Shown: positions 9,653 to 19,332, counted from the stretch's first letter. The stretch is 47,359 nt of DNA from Candidatus Woesearchaeota archaeon (GCA_964365915.1 CAYIRJ010000004.1:1-47359); one strand, 5' to 3'. The notes: a model not told the origin generated them from the letters alone. Program-made: numbers and translations.

Positions 9653-10060
9653 ATGCAGTATGACCTCCAGTTGATTGGCTATCTCAATACTTTTGAATCC
9701 CTAACCCGATCGAAAGTGAAGGATGTGTTCTTTGATGCTACGGAGACCTTGGTGTTTGTGATGCAGCCAGGAGAGATGGGAAAAGCCATTGGCAAGAAAG
9801 GCAGCAATGTGAAACGCTTAGGAAACTTGCTGAAGAAGCGCATTCGCGTTATTGAATTTTCTTCTTCTGCCATTGATTTTGTTAAAAATTGCACGCTGCC
9901 CTTGATTCCGAAAAAGATGGTGCAGGAAGTGGATACTATCACTATCACCATGGAAAATACGCAACAGAAGGCTATGCTGCTGGGAAGGAACAAAAGCAAT
10001 TTCTTGAATATGCAGAAGATAGTGCAGAGATATTATCCGGTGCAGCTGAAAGTGTTATAG
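9653..10060 (+). CDS. nusA: archaeal NusA-like transcription termination/antitermination protein (KH domains)
   Basis: 135 aa. KH signature GKAIGKKGSNVKRL. In the canonical position after rpl30e. Confidence 0.85.
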   Translation: MQYDLQLIGYLNTFESLTRSKVKDVFFDATETLVFVMQPGEMGKAIGKKGSNVKRLGNLLKKRIRVIEFSSSAIDFVKNCTLPLIPKKMVQEVDTITITMENTQQKAMLLGRNKSNFLNMQKIVQRYYPVQLKVL

Positions 10061-11266
10061 AAATATATCATCCTCAGCATCGTAGTCCATTCCTAAGGCC
10101 TTTGTGAATTTTACTTGGTTTTCCTTGATCTGCAGTTTTTGCAGTGCCTTGTTCCTTATTTGTCGAATTCTTTCTCGTGTCACGTTTCCCTCGATTGTAC
10201 CTACTTCTTCCAATGTTCTTTTTTCTCCTGTAAGATACAATAATCTTATTATTCTTTTTTCTCTTTCTTTTAAAGAAGTTTTATCAAGTGCTTGAATAAT
10301 CATTTCTTTATCATAGACTAAAATATTTTCCCTTATCCTTTCTTGGTAATCATGGCAATCTCTTTTTTCCAAATAATCAACTATTTCTTGATCTTGTTGA
10401 TTGTGCTGAATATTTTCTTTTGCTGGAGTTAAGTCCTGCTTAGCTCTGTCATCTAATGTCAACGTTCGATGAAGATTCTGATCTTTGGGTTCTTGGTAAA
10501 GAGTGTTTATTTCTAGATTTACAGGATTCAAAGCCTTGCATATTAATTCAGTTTTTTTATCCGCAATTTCTTCTCCTCTTATTACCTTTTCTGCCCTTAG
10601 GAATAAAAAAGAATCTAGATGCACTGCTGCATAGGAATAGTTATGATAATTTTCACTCATTACACCAAAAAAGGCAGCTCTATACACTGCTGTGTATCCT
10701 GGATGTTTTTCTGCTTTTCTCACGAAATTAATAATAGATATAGAAGCCCGCTGTATGAGATCTTCCAATGGTGGTGATTCTAAATTCCTTGATTTTCTAT
10801 AGCGAATAAATGATTTTCCTGCCTGCGTGGCTGTATGCAGAAAATACGTCTCCATAAATCGTTGCATCTCTTGTTCAGAATATCCTGCTTCTTTCAACGC
10901 TGGAGCAATATGCCCTCGATAATGATGTACAAATGTTGCATGGTATCTTTGATTTACTTCTTCTTGCGTGGCAGATGGGTGCTGCTGTAAAAATTTGAGA
11001 AAGTTCCTTTTTCTTTCATCCCAGACTTTCTCTGACAATTGCCCTTTTCCCCTATTCCAAGCTGATTTTGAAATGCCTACATCTTTTTTTGCATTGTTAA
11101 TTCTCAACCGGTAGAACTTTTTGAGAATGGATTCTAGTCCTGCTTTCCTTACATCCCTTATGCTCGCTCCTTGATGACTTGCTAAATAGTCATAAAATTC
11201 TGTTAATCCTCTTTCCCAATATGCGTAATCCTTCTGTACCTGTTTTTGCTCTGATATAGTAGTCAT
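10055..11266 (-). CDS. sigma-70 family-like protein (region 2-like and region 4 HTH)
   Basis: 403 aa. The C-terminus LKEREKRIIRLLYLTGEKRTLEEVGTIEGNVTRERIRQIRNKALQKLQ is the classic sigma-70 region 4.1/4.2 signature. LEDLIQRASISIINFVRKAEKHPGYTAVYRAAF resembles region 2.1-2.3. The gene is AT-rich (15/60 G+C at 10201-10260). Confidence 0.8.
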   Translation of the reverse strand: MTTISEQKQVQKDYAYWERGLTEFYDYLASHQGASIRDVRKAGLESILKKFYRLRINNAKKDVGISKSAWNRGKGQLSEKVWDERKRNFLKFLQQHPSATQEEVNQRYHATFVHHYRGHIAPALKEAGYSEQEMQRFMETYFLHTATQAGKSFIRYRKSRNLESPPLEDLIQRASISIINFVRKAEKHPGYTAVYRAAFFGVMSENYHNYSYAAVHLDSFLFLRAEKVIRGEEIADKKTELICKALNPVNLEINTLYQEPKDQNLHRTLTLDDRAKQDLTPAKENIQHNQQDQEIVDYLEKRDCHDYQERIRENILVYDKEMIIQALDKTSLKEREKRIIRLLYLTGEKRTLEEVGTIEGNVTRERIRQIRNKALQKLQIKENQVKFTKALGMDYDAEDDIFL

Positions 11267-11287
11267 TTATCTCTTGTCATTCATTTT

Positions 11288-11306
11288 CTTTTTAAGACTT
11301 GTGAAC
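11288..11306 (-). promoter_or_regulatory. TATA box plus shared upstream motif for the sigma-like gene
   Basis: Minus strand reads GTTCACAAGTCTTAAAAAG. The TATA centre is about 26 nt upstream of ATG 11266. The motif recurs at 26553-26569. Confidence 0.45.
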
Positions 11307-11308
11307 TT

Positions 11309-11722
11309 TTAGAATTCCATAACGTGAGGAGATTCCTTTATTTCCTCATTAGCAATCAGTGGAGCTGGTTCCCTACGATACACTCTTCCTTTTGCAATCA
11401 GTTTCGAAGACTCTTCAGGGTGCACTAAAGGAGGATGTTTATACCGTACTTTGACAGCATCATTTTGATACAGTACTGTTCCCTCTGCTTGTAAAATACA
11501 TACCAACCCCTCATCAAGTCCTGCTAGTGGAATATGCCATCCTAAATGAGTTTTTACAGAAGCGAACTGGATACTTTGATTGGGATATGTACATACATAC
11601 CAAAATTTTCCTTCCTCCTCACCCCTTGTTATTCCTCGTGTGATAATGGTCAGAATTTCATTTTTCTTTACTGTCCTTAATACTTCTTCTAATGCAGAAA
11701 AGACCCCCATATGTGACTTCAT
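11309..11722 (-). CDS. hypothetical protein (137 aa), directly upstream of the sigma-like gene
   Basis: Long ORF on the same strand as the sigma-like gene and in the same AT-rich insert. No family recognised. Confidence 0.55.
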   Translation of the reverse strand: MKSHMGVFSALEEVLRTVKKNEILTIITRGITRGEEEGKFWYVCTYPNQSIQFASVKTHLGWHIPLAGLDEGLVCILQAEGTVLYQNDAVKVRYKHPPLVHPEESSKLIAKGRVYRREPAPLIANEEIKESPHVMEF

Positions 11723-11787
11723 ACGTGACTTATTAGGCGTTATGAGTATAAATACTTAATGTCTACCAAATAAAAAATCAGCACAAT

Positions 11788-11797
11788 CTTTATAAAT
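11788..11797 (+). promoter_or_regulatory. TATA box (CTTTATAAAT) for rps12
   Basis: Centre lies about 28 nt upstream of ATG 11820, which fits a leaderless transcript starting at [11 protein letters not shown]. Confidence 0.45.
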
Positions 11798-12257
11798 GGC
11801 TTTCAGAAATTATTTTCTTATGTCTGGAAAATCCAATGGATTATTTGCTGGAAAGCGCTTGAAGAATCGGAGAAAACAATTTCGGTGGAACTCTAAATGG
11901 TTCACTAGGAAAACACTGAATCTTAAGGAGAAAGCAGATCCTCTGGGAGGAGCTTCGCAGGCTAAGGGAATTGTTTTGGAAAAGACACAGCGGGAAGCGA
12001 AACAGCCAAATTCAGCGATGAGAAAATGCGTTCGCGTTCAGCTTCAGAAAAATGGAAAGATCATCACTGCATTTGCGCCAAGAGATGGAGCCATTAAGCA
12101 GATTGATGAGCATGATGAAGTCATTGTTGAATGCATTGGTGGTACTATGGGAAGGGCGAAAGGAGATTTGCCTGGTGTGAGATGGCAAGTGATCAAGATT
12201 AACGATCAAAGCTTGGATGCCTTACTGAAAGGCAAGATTGAAAAGGGACGACGATGA
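11796..12257 (+). CDS. rps12: 30S ribosomal protein S12 (uS12)
   Basis: [24 protein letters not shown]...[25 protein letters not shown]. The true start is probably ATG 11820 (see TATA spacing); the ORF-track start at 11796 overlaps the TATA box. Confidence 0.93.
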   Translation: MAFRNYFLMSGKSNGLFAGKRLKNRRKQFRWNSKWFTRKTLNLKEKADPLGGASQAKGIVLEKTQREAKQPNSAMRKCVRVQLQKNGKIITAFAPRDGAIKQIDEHDEVIVECIGGTMGRAKGDLPGVRWQVIKINDQSLDALLKGKIEKGRR

Positions 12258-12844
12258 AGCTTTTTGGTAGATGGGATGTTGCTGGAATCCAGGTGGCTGA
12301 TCCTGGGCTGAAGGAGTACATTAATTTGAGAGCAATGCATGTGCCCCGCATGGCAGGTAGAAATATGAAAGTAAGATTCTGGAAGAACAAGTACACTTTA
12401 GTTGAACGCTTCATGAACAAGCTGATGGTGCCTGGGCATAAGGGAAAAAAACATCTCTTGAGTTCGGGAAGATGCGGAGGAAAGGGATTGACTTCTGTTG
12501 CTCTCACCTTGAAAACTTTCCAGCTTGTGGAGCAGAAGACCAAGAAAAACCCTATAGAAATTTTTGTGAAGGCTGTTGAGAATGCTGCTCCGCGCGAGGA
12601 TATTACTACTATTGAATATGGGGGTGCAAAATACCCGCATTCTGTTGACTGTGCACCACAACGCAGGATTGATATTGCCCTTCGCTTCATGATCCAGGGC
12701 AGCTACGGAAAAAGCTATGGCAAGAAAATTAAAGCGCATGAGGCTTTGGCAGATGAAATTATCAGAGCATATCAGAGTGATGGAAGGAGCTTTGCCATCT
12801 CCAAGAAACTGGAATTGGAACGGCAAGCTGATGCTGCGCGATAA
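12254..12844 (+). CDS. rps7: 30S ribosomal protein S7 (uS7)
   Basis: 196 aa starting [29 protein letters not shown] overlap with rps12. Confidence 0.93.
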   Translation: MKLFGRWDVAGIQVADPGLKEYINLRAMHVPRMAGRNMKVRFWKNKYTLVERFMNKLMVPGHKGKKHLLSSGRCGGKGLTSVALTLKTFQLVEQKTKKNPIEIFVKAVENAAPREDITTIEYGGAKYPHSVDCAPQRRIDIALRFMIQGSYGKSYGKKIKAHEALADEIIRAYQSDGRSFAISKKLELERQADAAR

Positions 12845-13267
12845 TTACTCTTCTTCGATCCGTTTTTTCTCTACTCTATATCCAGCATATCGAAAAATAG
12901 ACTGATACTCTTTTTTACATACACTGCGTCGTGGTGATTGTTCGGGTTTTGGTTGATGGAGAAGTTCGTCAAGACTCTTGAGATTATAGTCCCATAATTT
13001 ACTTATTCTTCCTTGCGCAGCAAGTTCATTAAAAATTATTTTTATATTCTCTTCAGCATATACTCTCTTGTATCTTTCCCCTATACGTCCCAACATTTTT
13101 GCAATTTTTTCGTCTAGATACTGTACATAGGGAGCAAGTCTCCTTTCTAATCCTCCCCTTCTGCATCCTAATTGGAGTGCCATAGCTTTTACTTCTGGAA
13201 GGACATAGACCAACGTTTTCCCTTCCTGCGCTAATTGTTCTCGATACTGACGTAAACTTTCTGTCAT
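12845..13267 (-). CDS. hypothetical protein (140 aa) inserted between rps7 and EF-2
   Basis: Long ORF with its own TATA (revcomp of 13288-13298) about 25 nt upstream of ATG 13267. Its stop abuts the rps7 stop (TAATTA). No family recognised. Confidence 0.55.
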   Translation of the reverse strand: MTESLRQYREQLAQEGKTLVYVLPEVKAMALQLGCRRGGLERRLAPYVQYLDEKIAKMLGRIGERYKRVYAEENIKIIFNELAAQGRISKLWDYNLKSLDELLHQPKPEQSPRRSVCKKEYQSIFRYAGYRVEKKRIEEE

Positions 13268-13337
13268 ATGTTACCATTATTAAGAGACTCTTTTTAAACA
13301 TTATGCATCAGGAAACGTTTCCTTTCAGTGTTGAAAA

Positions 13338-13349
13338 GGTTTTTAAATC
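13338..13349 (+). promoter_or_regulatory. TATA box (GGTTTTTAAATC) for EF-2
   Basis: Centre lies about 28 nt upstream of ATG 13372; no SD sequence in between. Confidence 0.45.
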
Positions 13350-13371
13350 ATTTTCTTGATCTTCTTGAGTC

Positions 13372-15576
13372 ATGGGGAAAGCTACCACTATTGAAGATCT
13401 TAAGGCGTTGATGAAGAAGCCTGATAATATCAGGAATATCTGTACTTCAGCACACATCCATCACGGCAAAACGGCATTAACAGACAACCTTTTAGCAGCT
13501 GCTGGACTGATGAGTGAAAAGGCAGCAGGCAGTCTAGAAGAAGGCATGGCTACTTGGCAGCACAAGGATGAGCAAGAACGATTAATGACTGTGGATGCTG
13601 CGAACGTGAGCATGAGCCATGAGTATGAGGGGCAATCGTATTTGATTAATCTCATTGATACTCCTGGACACGTTGACTTTGGGGGCAATGTAACAAGGGC
13701 CATGCGCGCCATTGATGGTACGATTGTTTTGATTTGTGGGGTGGAAGGGATCATGCCCCAAACCGAGACTGTAATGAAGCAGGCCATCCGCGAACGGGTC
13801 AAACCAGTGTTGTTCATCAACAAAGTAGACAGGATGATCAATGAATTGAAATTGACTCCTGAGCAGATGCAGGAGCGATTCGTGAAACTGGTACTTGATT
13901 TCAACAAGTTAGTGGAAAATATTACAGAAGATGAATTCAAAGAAACATGGAAAGTTAACATTTTGGATGGTAGCGTGGCATTTGGATCTGCACGGGAAAA
14001 CTGGGGATTGAGCATTCCCAACATGAAGAAAAAAGGCATCACCTTCAAACACATCATTGAGCAATACACTTCAGGAAAACCCAAAGAGGAGATTACTGAC
14101 TGGTTCTGGAAGAACGCTCCTCTTTATGAAGTCATACTCGACATGGTGATTAAACATTTGCCGAATCCTCTGATTGCACAGCAATATAGAATTCCGCACA
14201 TCTGGAAAGGAGATATTCAAAGCCGTTTTGGGCAGGATCTGGTGCACTGCAATTCTGAGGGAAAAATTGCCTTTGTCATTACAAGAATTGTGATTGATCC
14301 GAAATTCAGCAGGGAGATGGCTGCAGGAAGGTTATTTTCTGGAACCATTAAAGATGGCATGCAGGTCTGGCTGAACAACGCCAAGCTGCACCAACGGGTA
14401 GGCCAAGTATTTCTCTATAAAGGAACAAGGCCTGAGCAGATTGGAGAAGCTGTTGCGGGGAATGTGATTGCCTTGGGAGGGGTTTCTGGATTTGCAGGAG
14501 AGACGATTACTTTAGAACAGGAGCAGCCGTTTGAGGATATGAAACACATCTTTGAACCTGTCATTACCAAGAGCATTGAACCTATGAAACCTCAAGATCT
14601 GCCGAAACTCGTAGAGATCCTGAAAAAAGTGAGCAAGGAAGATCCTTCCTTGAAAGTCACGATTAACCTGGAAACGGGAGAGAATTTAATTCACGGTATG
14701 GGAGAGTTGCATTTAGAGATTATTGAAAATAGGATCAAGGATGAGCGCGGTTTCCAGGTGAAGACAGGAGAGCCTATTGTTGTGTATCGAGAGACTGTGC
14801 AAAAGCCTTCTGTGGAAATGGAAGGGAAATCTCCGAACAAGCATAATAAATTCTACATTACTGTTGAACCTCTGAGCAAGGAATGGTACACATTAATAAA
14901 AGAAGACGTGCTCACAGGAGGAAAAATGAAGAAAGGCGATGCCGAGGCCTACTTGAAACTGGAAAAGGCAGGTATTCCTGTAAAGGAAGCAAAGAAAATC
15001 AGAGATGTCTACAATGAAAACGTGCTGATTGATGACACGAAAGGAATTGTGGCTATAGGAGAAGTGCAGGAACTGATTAATGAAGGATTTGAACAAGTGA
15101 TGCGCGAGGGTCCCATTGCTCGAGAGCCGTGCGTAAAATTAAAGGTATTTATCAAAGATTGCAAGCTGCATGAGGATGCAATCCATCGAGGGCCTGCTCA
15201 AGTGCTGCCTGCGATCAGAGAAGGTATCAAAGCTGCGATGGTGGATGCGAAGGCACTGCTCTACGAGCCGTACCAAGTTATTCTGATTGAGTGTCCCAGT
15301 GATTTCATGGGAGAAATCAACAAATTGGTTTCGAACAAGCGGGGTCAATTATTCGATATTGAGCATAAGGGCACAGAGATCTTAGTAAAATGCAGGATGC
15401 CGGTGGCTGAGATGATTGGGTTAGCTTCTGATCTGAGAAGCGCAACTGAAGGGAGAGGTACCTATTTCATGGTGGATCAGGAATTTGACAAGGTTCCTGG
15501 GGACTTGCAGGAAAAAGTGGCACGAAAGATTAGGGAAAGAAAAGGTTTGAATCCTGATCAAATGAACCTGAGCTAG
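13372..15576 (+). CDS. fusA: translation elongation factor aEF-2
   Basis: 734 aa. G domain AHIHHGKTALTD, DTPGHVDF, NKVDR. The diphthamide-site context HEDAIHRGPAQ is intact. Confidence 0.96.
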   Translation: MGKATTIEDLKALMKKPDNIRNICTSAHIHHGKTALTDNLLAAAGLMSEKAAGSLEEGMATWQHKDEQERLMTVDAANVSMSHEYEGQSYLINLIDTPGHVDFGGNVTRAMRAIDGTIVLICGVEGIMPQTETVMKQAIRERVKPVLFINKVDRMINELKLTPEQMQERFVKLVLDFNKLVENITEDEFKETWKVNILDGSVAFGSARENWGLSIPNMKKKGITFKHIIEQYTSGKPKEEITDWFWKNAPLYEVILDMVIKHLPNPLIAQQYRIPHIWKGDIQSRFGQDLVHCNSEGKIAFVITRIVIDPKFSREMAAGRLFSGTIKDGMQVWLNNAKLHQRVGQVFLYKGTRPEQIGEAVAGNVIALGGVSGFAGETITLEQEQPFEDMKHIFEPVITKSIEPMKPQDLPKLVEILKKVSKEDPSLKVTINLETGENLIHGMGELHLEIIENRIKDERGFQVKTGEPIVVYRETVQKPSVEMEGKSPNKHNKFYITVEPLSKEWYTLIKEDVLTGGKMKKGDAEAYLKLEKAGIPVKEAKKIRDVYNENVLIDDTKGIVAIGEVQELINEGFEQVMREGPIAREPCVKLKVFIKDCKLHEDAIHRGPAQVLPAIREGIKAAMVDAKALLYEPYQVILIECPSDFMGEINKLVSNKRGQLFDIEHKGTEILVKCRMPVAEMIGLASDLRSATEGRGTYFMVDQEFDKVPGDLQEKVARKIRERKGLNPDQMNLS

Positions 15577-15793
15577 AACTGAAAAACGAAATATTAATAA
15601 AGGGATTTTCTTTCATTTTTATATCTTTATTCCTGTACGATTGGGTTTTCTTTTTCCCGCAGGAAAGGAGATTTTCTCCTCATCGTTTTCTTAGAGGGTT
15701 TTTGCTCTTTTTTACTCTTTAGTAGTTACAAAACGAAAACTTTAAATATGCAAAGGATTTATTTCTCTTCATAACTTAATGAGGTGTTGACGA

Positions 15794-16117
15794 ATGAAAC
15801 TGATTACAGCAACGGAAAAAGTTGAAAGAATTCTTAATAAAGAAATTAGTGAATATAGAGTTGGGCATAGCTCTTATCAATCTGATTTTGCACGTGCCCT
15901 CCATCTTCGCGAACAGCTCTTCTCTTGTGTTGATCGCATTCTTGATGGGGACACAGAAATCCCACAGATTGTTGGCGTTATTCAACGTGCTTTAAATTAT
16001 GGACCTGAGGTAGAAAATCTTGTTTTACAACTTGGTGCTCAGAGGAATACTACTGTTAGTACTGTCTTACCTGCACCTATTGCAGAAGCAGTTTTTCACT
16101 ATCGACGGAAGAGGTGA
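15794..16117 (+). CDS. hypothetical protein (107 aa)
   Basis: ORF preceded by GAGGTG (15781-15786). No family recognised. Confidence 0.5.
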   Translation: MKLITATEKVERILNKEISEYRVGHSSYQSDFARALHLREQLFSCVDRILDGDTEIPQIVGVIQRALNYGPEVENLVLQLGAQRNTTVSTVLPAPIAEAVFHYRRKR

Positions 16118-16617
16118 TAATCATGAAGGAAAACGGTGCTGTTGCTGTTCTTGATCAATTTCCTTTTCATTTTGATGATGAGAGATATGTTTCTAGTGTT
16201 GGAGGCACTTATTGTGTTCCTTTACACACTTCGACGCTACGATGTTTCAGTAAGAAGGAAAGGATCTCCCTCCTTCGAGATAGAGAGGAAAGTCTTCAAG
16301 CAAGTCTTTTAGATGCGCGCCACGCATTCGCCAATGATGTTTTAGAACGATGGGTATGCAGAACTTATATTGCCCGACCGGAAGGAGGATCAGAACCATC
16401 TCTGGAAGATGCGGGCGACACTCGTTTATTGTGGTATATTATCGAGGAAAACACGGAACTCCAGTCACGCCTTGAAGATTTCAGAGAACTGAAAGAGGGT
16501 CCTGTGAATCGTGATAACCTTCTGCAAAGACTTTCCGGCTATATAAGGGGGAACTACGACTCGCTCGTTAATGAAGTTTTGGATACTCTCGCAGAAAAAA
16601 ACAGACTTACTGTTTAA
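16114..16617 (+). CDS. hypothetical protein (167 aa; likely start ATG 16123)
   Basis: GAGGTGA (16111-16117) sits 5 nt upstream of ATG 16123 and overlaps the upstream stop, so the two genes are coupled. No family recognised. Confidence 0.5.
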   Translation: MIIMKENGAVAVLDQFPFHFDDERYVSSVGGTYCVPLHTSTLRCFSKKERISLLRDREESLQASLLDARHAFANDVLERWVCRTYIARPEGGSEPSLEDAGDTRLLWYIIEENTELQSRLEDFRELKEGPVNRDNLLQRLSGYIRGNYDSLVNEVLDTLAEKNRLTV

Positions 16618-16729
16618 ATTTATCCTTTTCTTTTTTATTCATGCTAAAAGGATTGAAAAATTCTTTTATGGGGTTAAGATCACAAGTTTTAAATATCCCC
16701 TAATTCTGGCAATTTCCCCACGAGGTTTT

Positions 16730-17120
16730 ATGGTTTATCTTTTCAAGAACGATCGAGGAAGATTTACCTACAAGTTTCATACTCTTCTTGAAGGCAGGCC
16801 TCTGCGTGTGGGTGATATTTATCAGGAACTTACCGCTATTCAGGAATGCCTTGGTCAGCCCTGGCATGAGCACCCTGTTGCGCGACGCAGGATGGGAAAA
16901 GGTGAGATTACGCTTCCGGTATGGAACCTTGTCTCTTGTCATCCTCCGTTATGAACGGAACAAAACTCTTGTTGATGCCACTTTGAAAGCAGAAAAGTTT
17001 CTATCGCTTGACACTCCCGCGCTTCTTGCTCTTGAAGATTATTTCTTATCTTATCAGCACAAAGGAAAAGTCCTCCAACTTCTTCGAGAAAAACCTGTAT
17101 CTGCGTTTTCTGCGCTTTAG
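16730..17120 (+). pseudogene. hypothetical gene apparently split by a +1 frame change near 16860-16875
   Basis: Protein-like sequence runs in the frame of ATG 16730 (MVYLFKNDRGRFTYKFHTLLEGRPLRVGDIYQELTAIQECLGQPWHEH). It then continues in the +1 frame (..MSTLLRDAGWEKVRLRFRYGTLSLVILRYERNK...SAFSAL*). Each frame looks like junk outside its own half. Confidence 0.35.
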
Positions 17121-17671
17121 AATTCTTTCCTTTCCCTGAGATGCTTTATCAGTCCTGGAGGAAGCAAGGGCTTTCCCTTCCTGAGAACGTAAGTGAACGG
17201 CAGCTCTACAGATTCTGTTGTGTTCAAGTGAATTTCAATACCGTCTCGGAATTGAAGATCGTTCAGCTTCTTTCCCTGCATAATCTTTCTTGCCACATAG
17301 ACTGCAGTGTCTGTAGAGAACTGTTTCTTTCCTAGGTTTCTTGTGGGATAGGGGAGCTTTAAGGAAAGCTCTTTTTTGGTTCTTGCACGCGGAGGATGAT
17401 CACCTAAAATGCCCCCTAAAATCAGCGTATCAAACCTGTCCTGCGGGGATAATGTTTTTTGAGCAGACGGATCTAACACATATGCATTTGGGAACTTCAG
17501 CTGGAGAATTGATTTTTTATATACTGTCCCCCACTTTTGGAGTTCCCTTTTTCCCTTCTTGATATTGGTGAAGATAACATTTTCCTTTCCCGCAATCTTG
17601 GAAATGTGCTTGTATTCTATCAGGCACCAGGGAAATAATTCAGGTTCACGATGCTCGACGATGAACTTCAT
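17117..17671 (-). CDS. SPOUT-class SAM-dependent methyltransferase, DUF431/Sfm1 family
   Basis: 184 aa. MKFIVEH.EPEL..W.L.EYKHIS, GGILGDHPPRARTKKEL, STDTAVYVARKI and ELPFTYVLRKGKPLLPPG align closely with yeast Sfm1/YOR021C as I recall it. Confidence 0.82.
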   Translation of the reverse strand: MKFIVEHREPELFPWCLIEYKHISKIAGKENVIFTNIKKGKRELQKWGTVYKKSILQLKFPNAYVLDPSAQKTLSPQDRFDTLILGGILGDHPPRARTKKELSLKLPYPTRNLGKKQFSTDTAVYVARKIMQGKKLNDLQFRDGIEIHLNTTESVELPFTYVLRKGKPLLPPGLIKHLRERKEF

Positions 17672-17836
17672 GGTTGCTCTTCAATAAAAATAAGCAAGCA
17701 AAGGCAAGGTTTATAACAATATTTATCTTGTTCATTTAACTTAACAGTAATGAAATCTCAAGAAATAGAAACGCTTATAAATCATCATCTCCGCATCTCC
17801 ACACATCTTTATCCTAATAAACATGAGGTAACCACT

Positions 17837-19123
17837 ATGGCACGAACAAAACCCCATTTGAACGTTGTCTTTGTCGGACACGTTGACCATGGAAAAAGCA
17901 CTACGATAGGAAGATTGCTCTATGATTCTGGGAACATTGATGAAACTGCTATGCGCAAGCTGAAGGAAACTGCGCAGCAAGTAGGAAAAGTAGGATTTGA
18001 ATTTGCATTTGTCATGGATAACCTCAAGGAAGAGCGCGAGCGGGGAGTGACCATTGACCTTTCGTACAAGAAATTCATCACGCAAAAGTTTGAAATTACC
18101 ATTATTGATGCGCCGGGGCACAAGGATTTTATCAAGAACATGATTACTGGCACAAGTCAGGCAGATGCGGCATTTTTAGTGGTTGCTGCGCCTGAAGGTG
18201 CTATGGCCCAGACCAAGGAGCACTTATGGCTGCTCAAGACATTGGGAGTGCAGCAGCTTGCAGTGCTTATTAATAAAATGGATGTTTCTAAGTATGACCA
18301 GAAGCGCTTTGAAGAAGTGAAGAATGAATTAAGCAAGCTCATTCAAAGCGTTGGGTACAAGCTAGAGAAGGTACAGTTCATCCCCACTGCTGGATTCCCT
18401 GGGGACAATGTAGCAAAGAAATCCCAGAACATGTCCTGGTATACGGGGCCTACGTTACTAGAACAGCTGGACAAGTTTGACACTCCCGAAAAGCCGACGC
18501 AACTACCTTTACGCCTGCCTATCCAGGATGTGTACAACATCACGGGAATTGGTGTGGTCCCTGTAGGCAGAGTAGAAACTGGAATCATGAAAGTCAATGA
18601 CAAAGTTATTATTGTTCCTGGGAGAGATGGAAAAGGAGTGAAAGGAGAAGTCAAGACCATTGAAATGCACCATGAACAGATTCCTGAAGCATTGCCTGGA
18701 GACAATGTCGGATTTTCCATTAAAAACATTGGGAAGAAGGACATTGAACGGGGAGATGTGTTAGGGCATGAGAACAATGTGCCTACAGTGGTGAGCGAGT
18801 TTACTGCGCAGATTGCAGTGATCAACCATCCTACAGTCATTACTGTAGGCTATACTCCCGTGTTCCATATCCATACTGCACAAGTGGCATGCCAATTTGC
18901 AGAATTAATGTACAAGGTGGATCCTCGCACAGGACAGAAGATGGAAGGCAAAGTGGACTTCCTCAAGAATGGGGATGTGGCTGTAGTGAAGATCAAGCCT
19001 ACCAAGCCTGTAGTGCTGGAGAAGCAAAAAGACATTCCGCACATGGCACGATTTGCTATTCGAGATGCAGGCGCTACGGTTGCCGCAGGCATGTGCATTG
19101 ACTACGTGAAGAAGACGCTGTAA
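17837..19123 (+). CDS. tuf: translation elongation factor aEF-1alpha
   Basis: [39 protein letters not shown] (17825-17829) lies 7 nt upstream of ATG 17837. The ORF-track start at 17750 adds 29 non-conserved residues. Confidence 0.95.
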   Translation: MARTKPHLNVVFVGHVDHGKSTTIGRLLYDSGNIDETAMRKLKETAQQVGKVGFEFAFVMDNLKEERERGVTIDLSYKKFITQKFEITIIDAPGHKDFIKNMITGTSQADAAFLVVAAPEGAMAQTKEHLWLLKTLGVQQLAVLINKMDVSKYDQKRFEEVKNELSKLIQSVGYKLEKVQFIPTAGFPGDNVAKKSQNMSWYTGPTLLEQLDKFDTPEKPTQLPLRLPIQDVYNITGIGVVPVGRVETGIMKVNDKVIIVPGRDGKGVKGEVKTIEMHHEQIPEALPGDNVGFSIKNIGKKDIERGDVLGHENNVPTVVSEFTAQIAVINHPTVITVGYTPVFHIHTAQVACQFAELMYKVDPRTGQKMEGKVDFLKNGDVAVVKIKPTKPVVLEKQKDIPHMARFAIRDAGATVAAGMCIDYVKKTL

Positions 19124-19332
19124 CAGCGGTTCTTTTCTTATTTTAATCTCTTGTTTTTTAATTCTGCTTCTGTTAACATCATGTTAATTTATGAAGACTT
19201 AGTGATTGTAACATAGTTGCCCAGCTTTGCACATAAATCTATTTAAATCAGTTTGTCTAAAGAATATGGAAGGAATATGGATAAAATGCATGATTCATAT
19301 GAACCGCAGGATATTGATATTATATAACCAAA

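Noticed and set aside
16571-16729. The first 53 codons of ORF 16571-16954 and the first 26 codons of ORF 16788-17120.
   Set aside because: The translations are hydrophobic junk (FILFFFIH.., CVWVIFIRNLPLF). The first region also overlaps the 3' end of the preceding gene. Only the later parts look coding.
17750-17836. 29-aa N-terminal extension of EF-1alpha from the longest ORF.
   Set aside because: The conserved N-terminus MARTKPHLN starts at 17837 with GAGGT 7 nt upstream. The extension has no counterpart in EF-1alpha.
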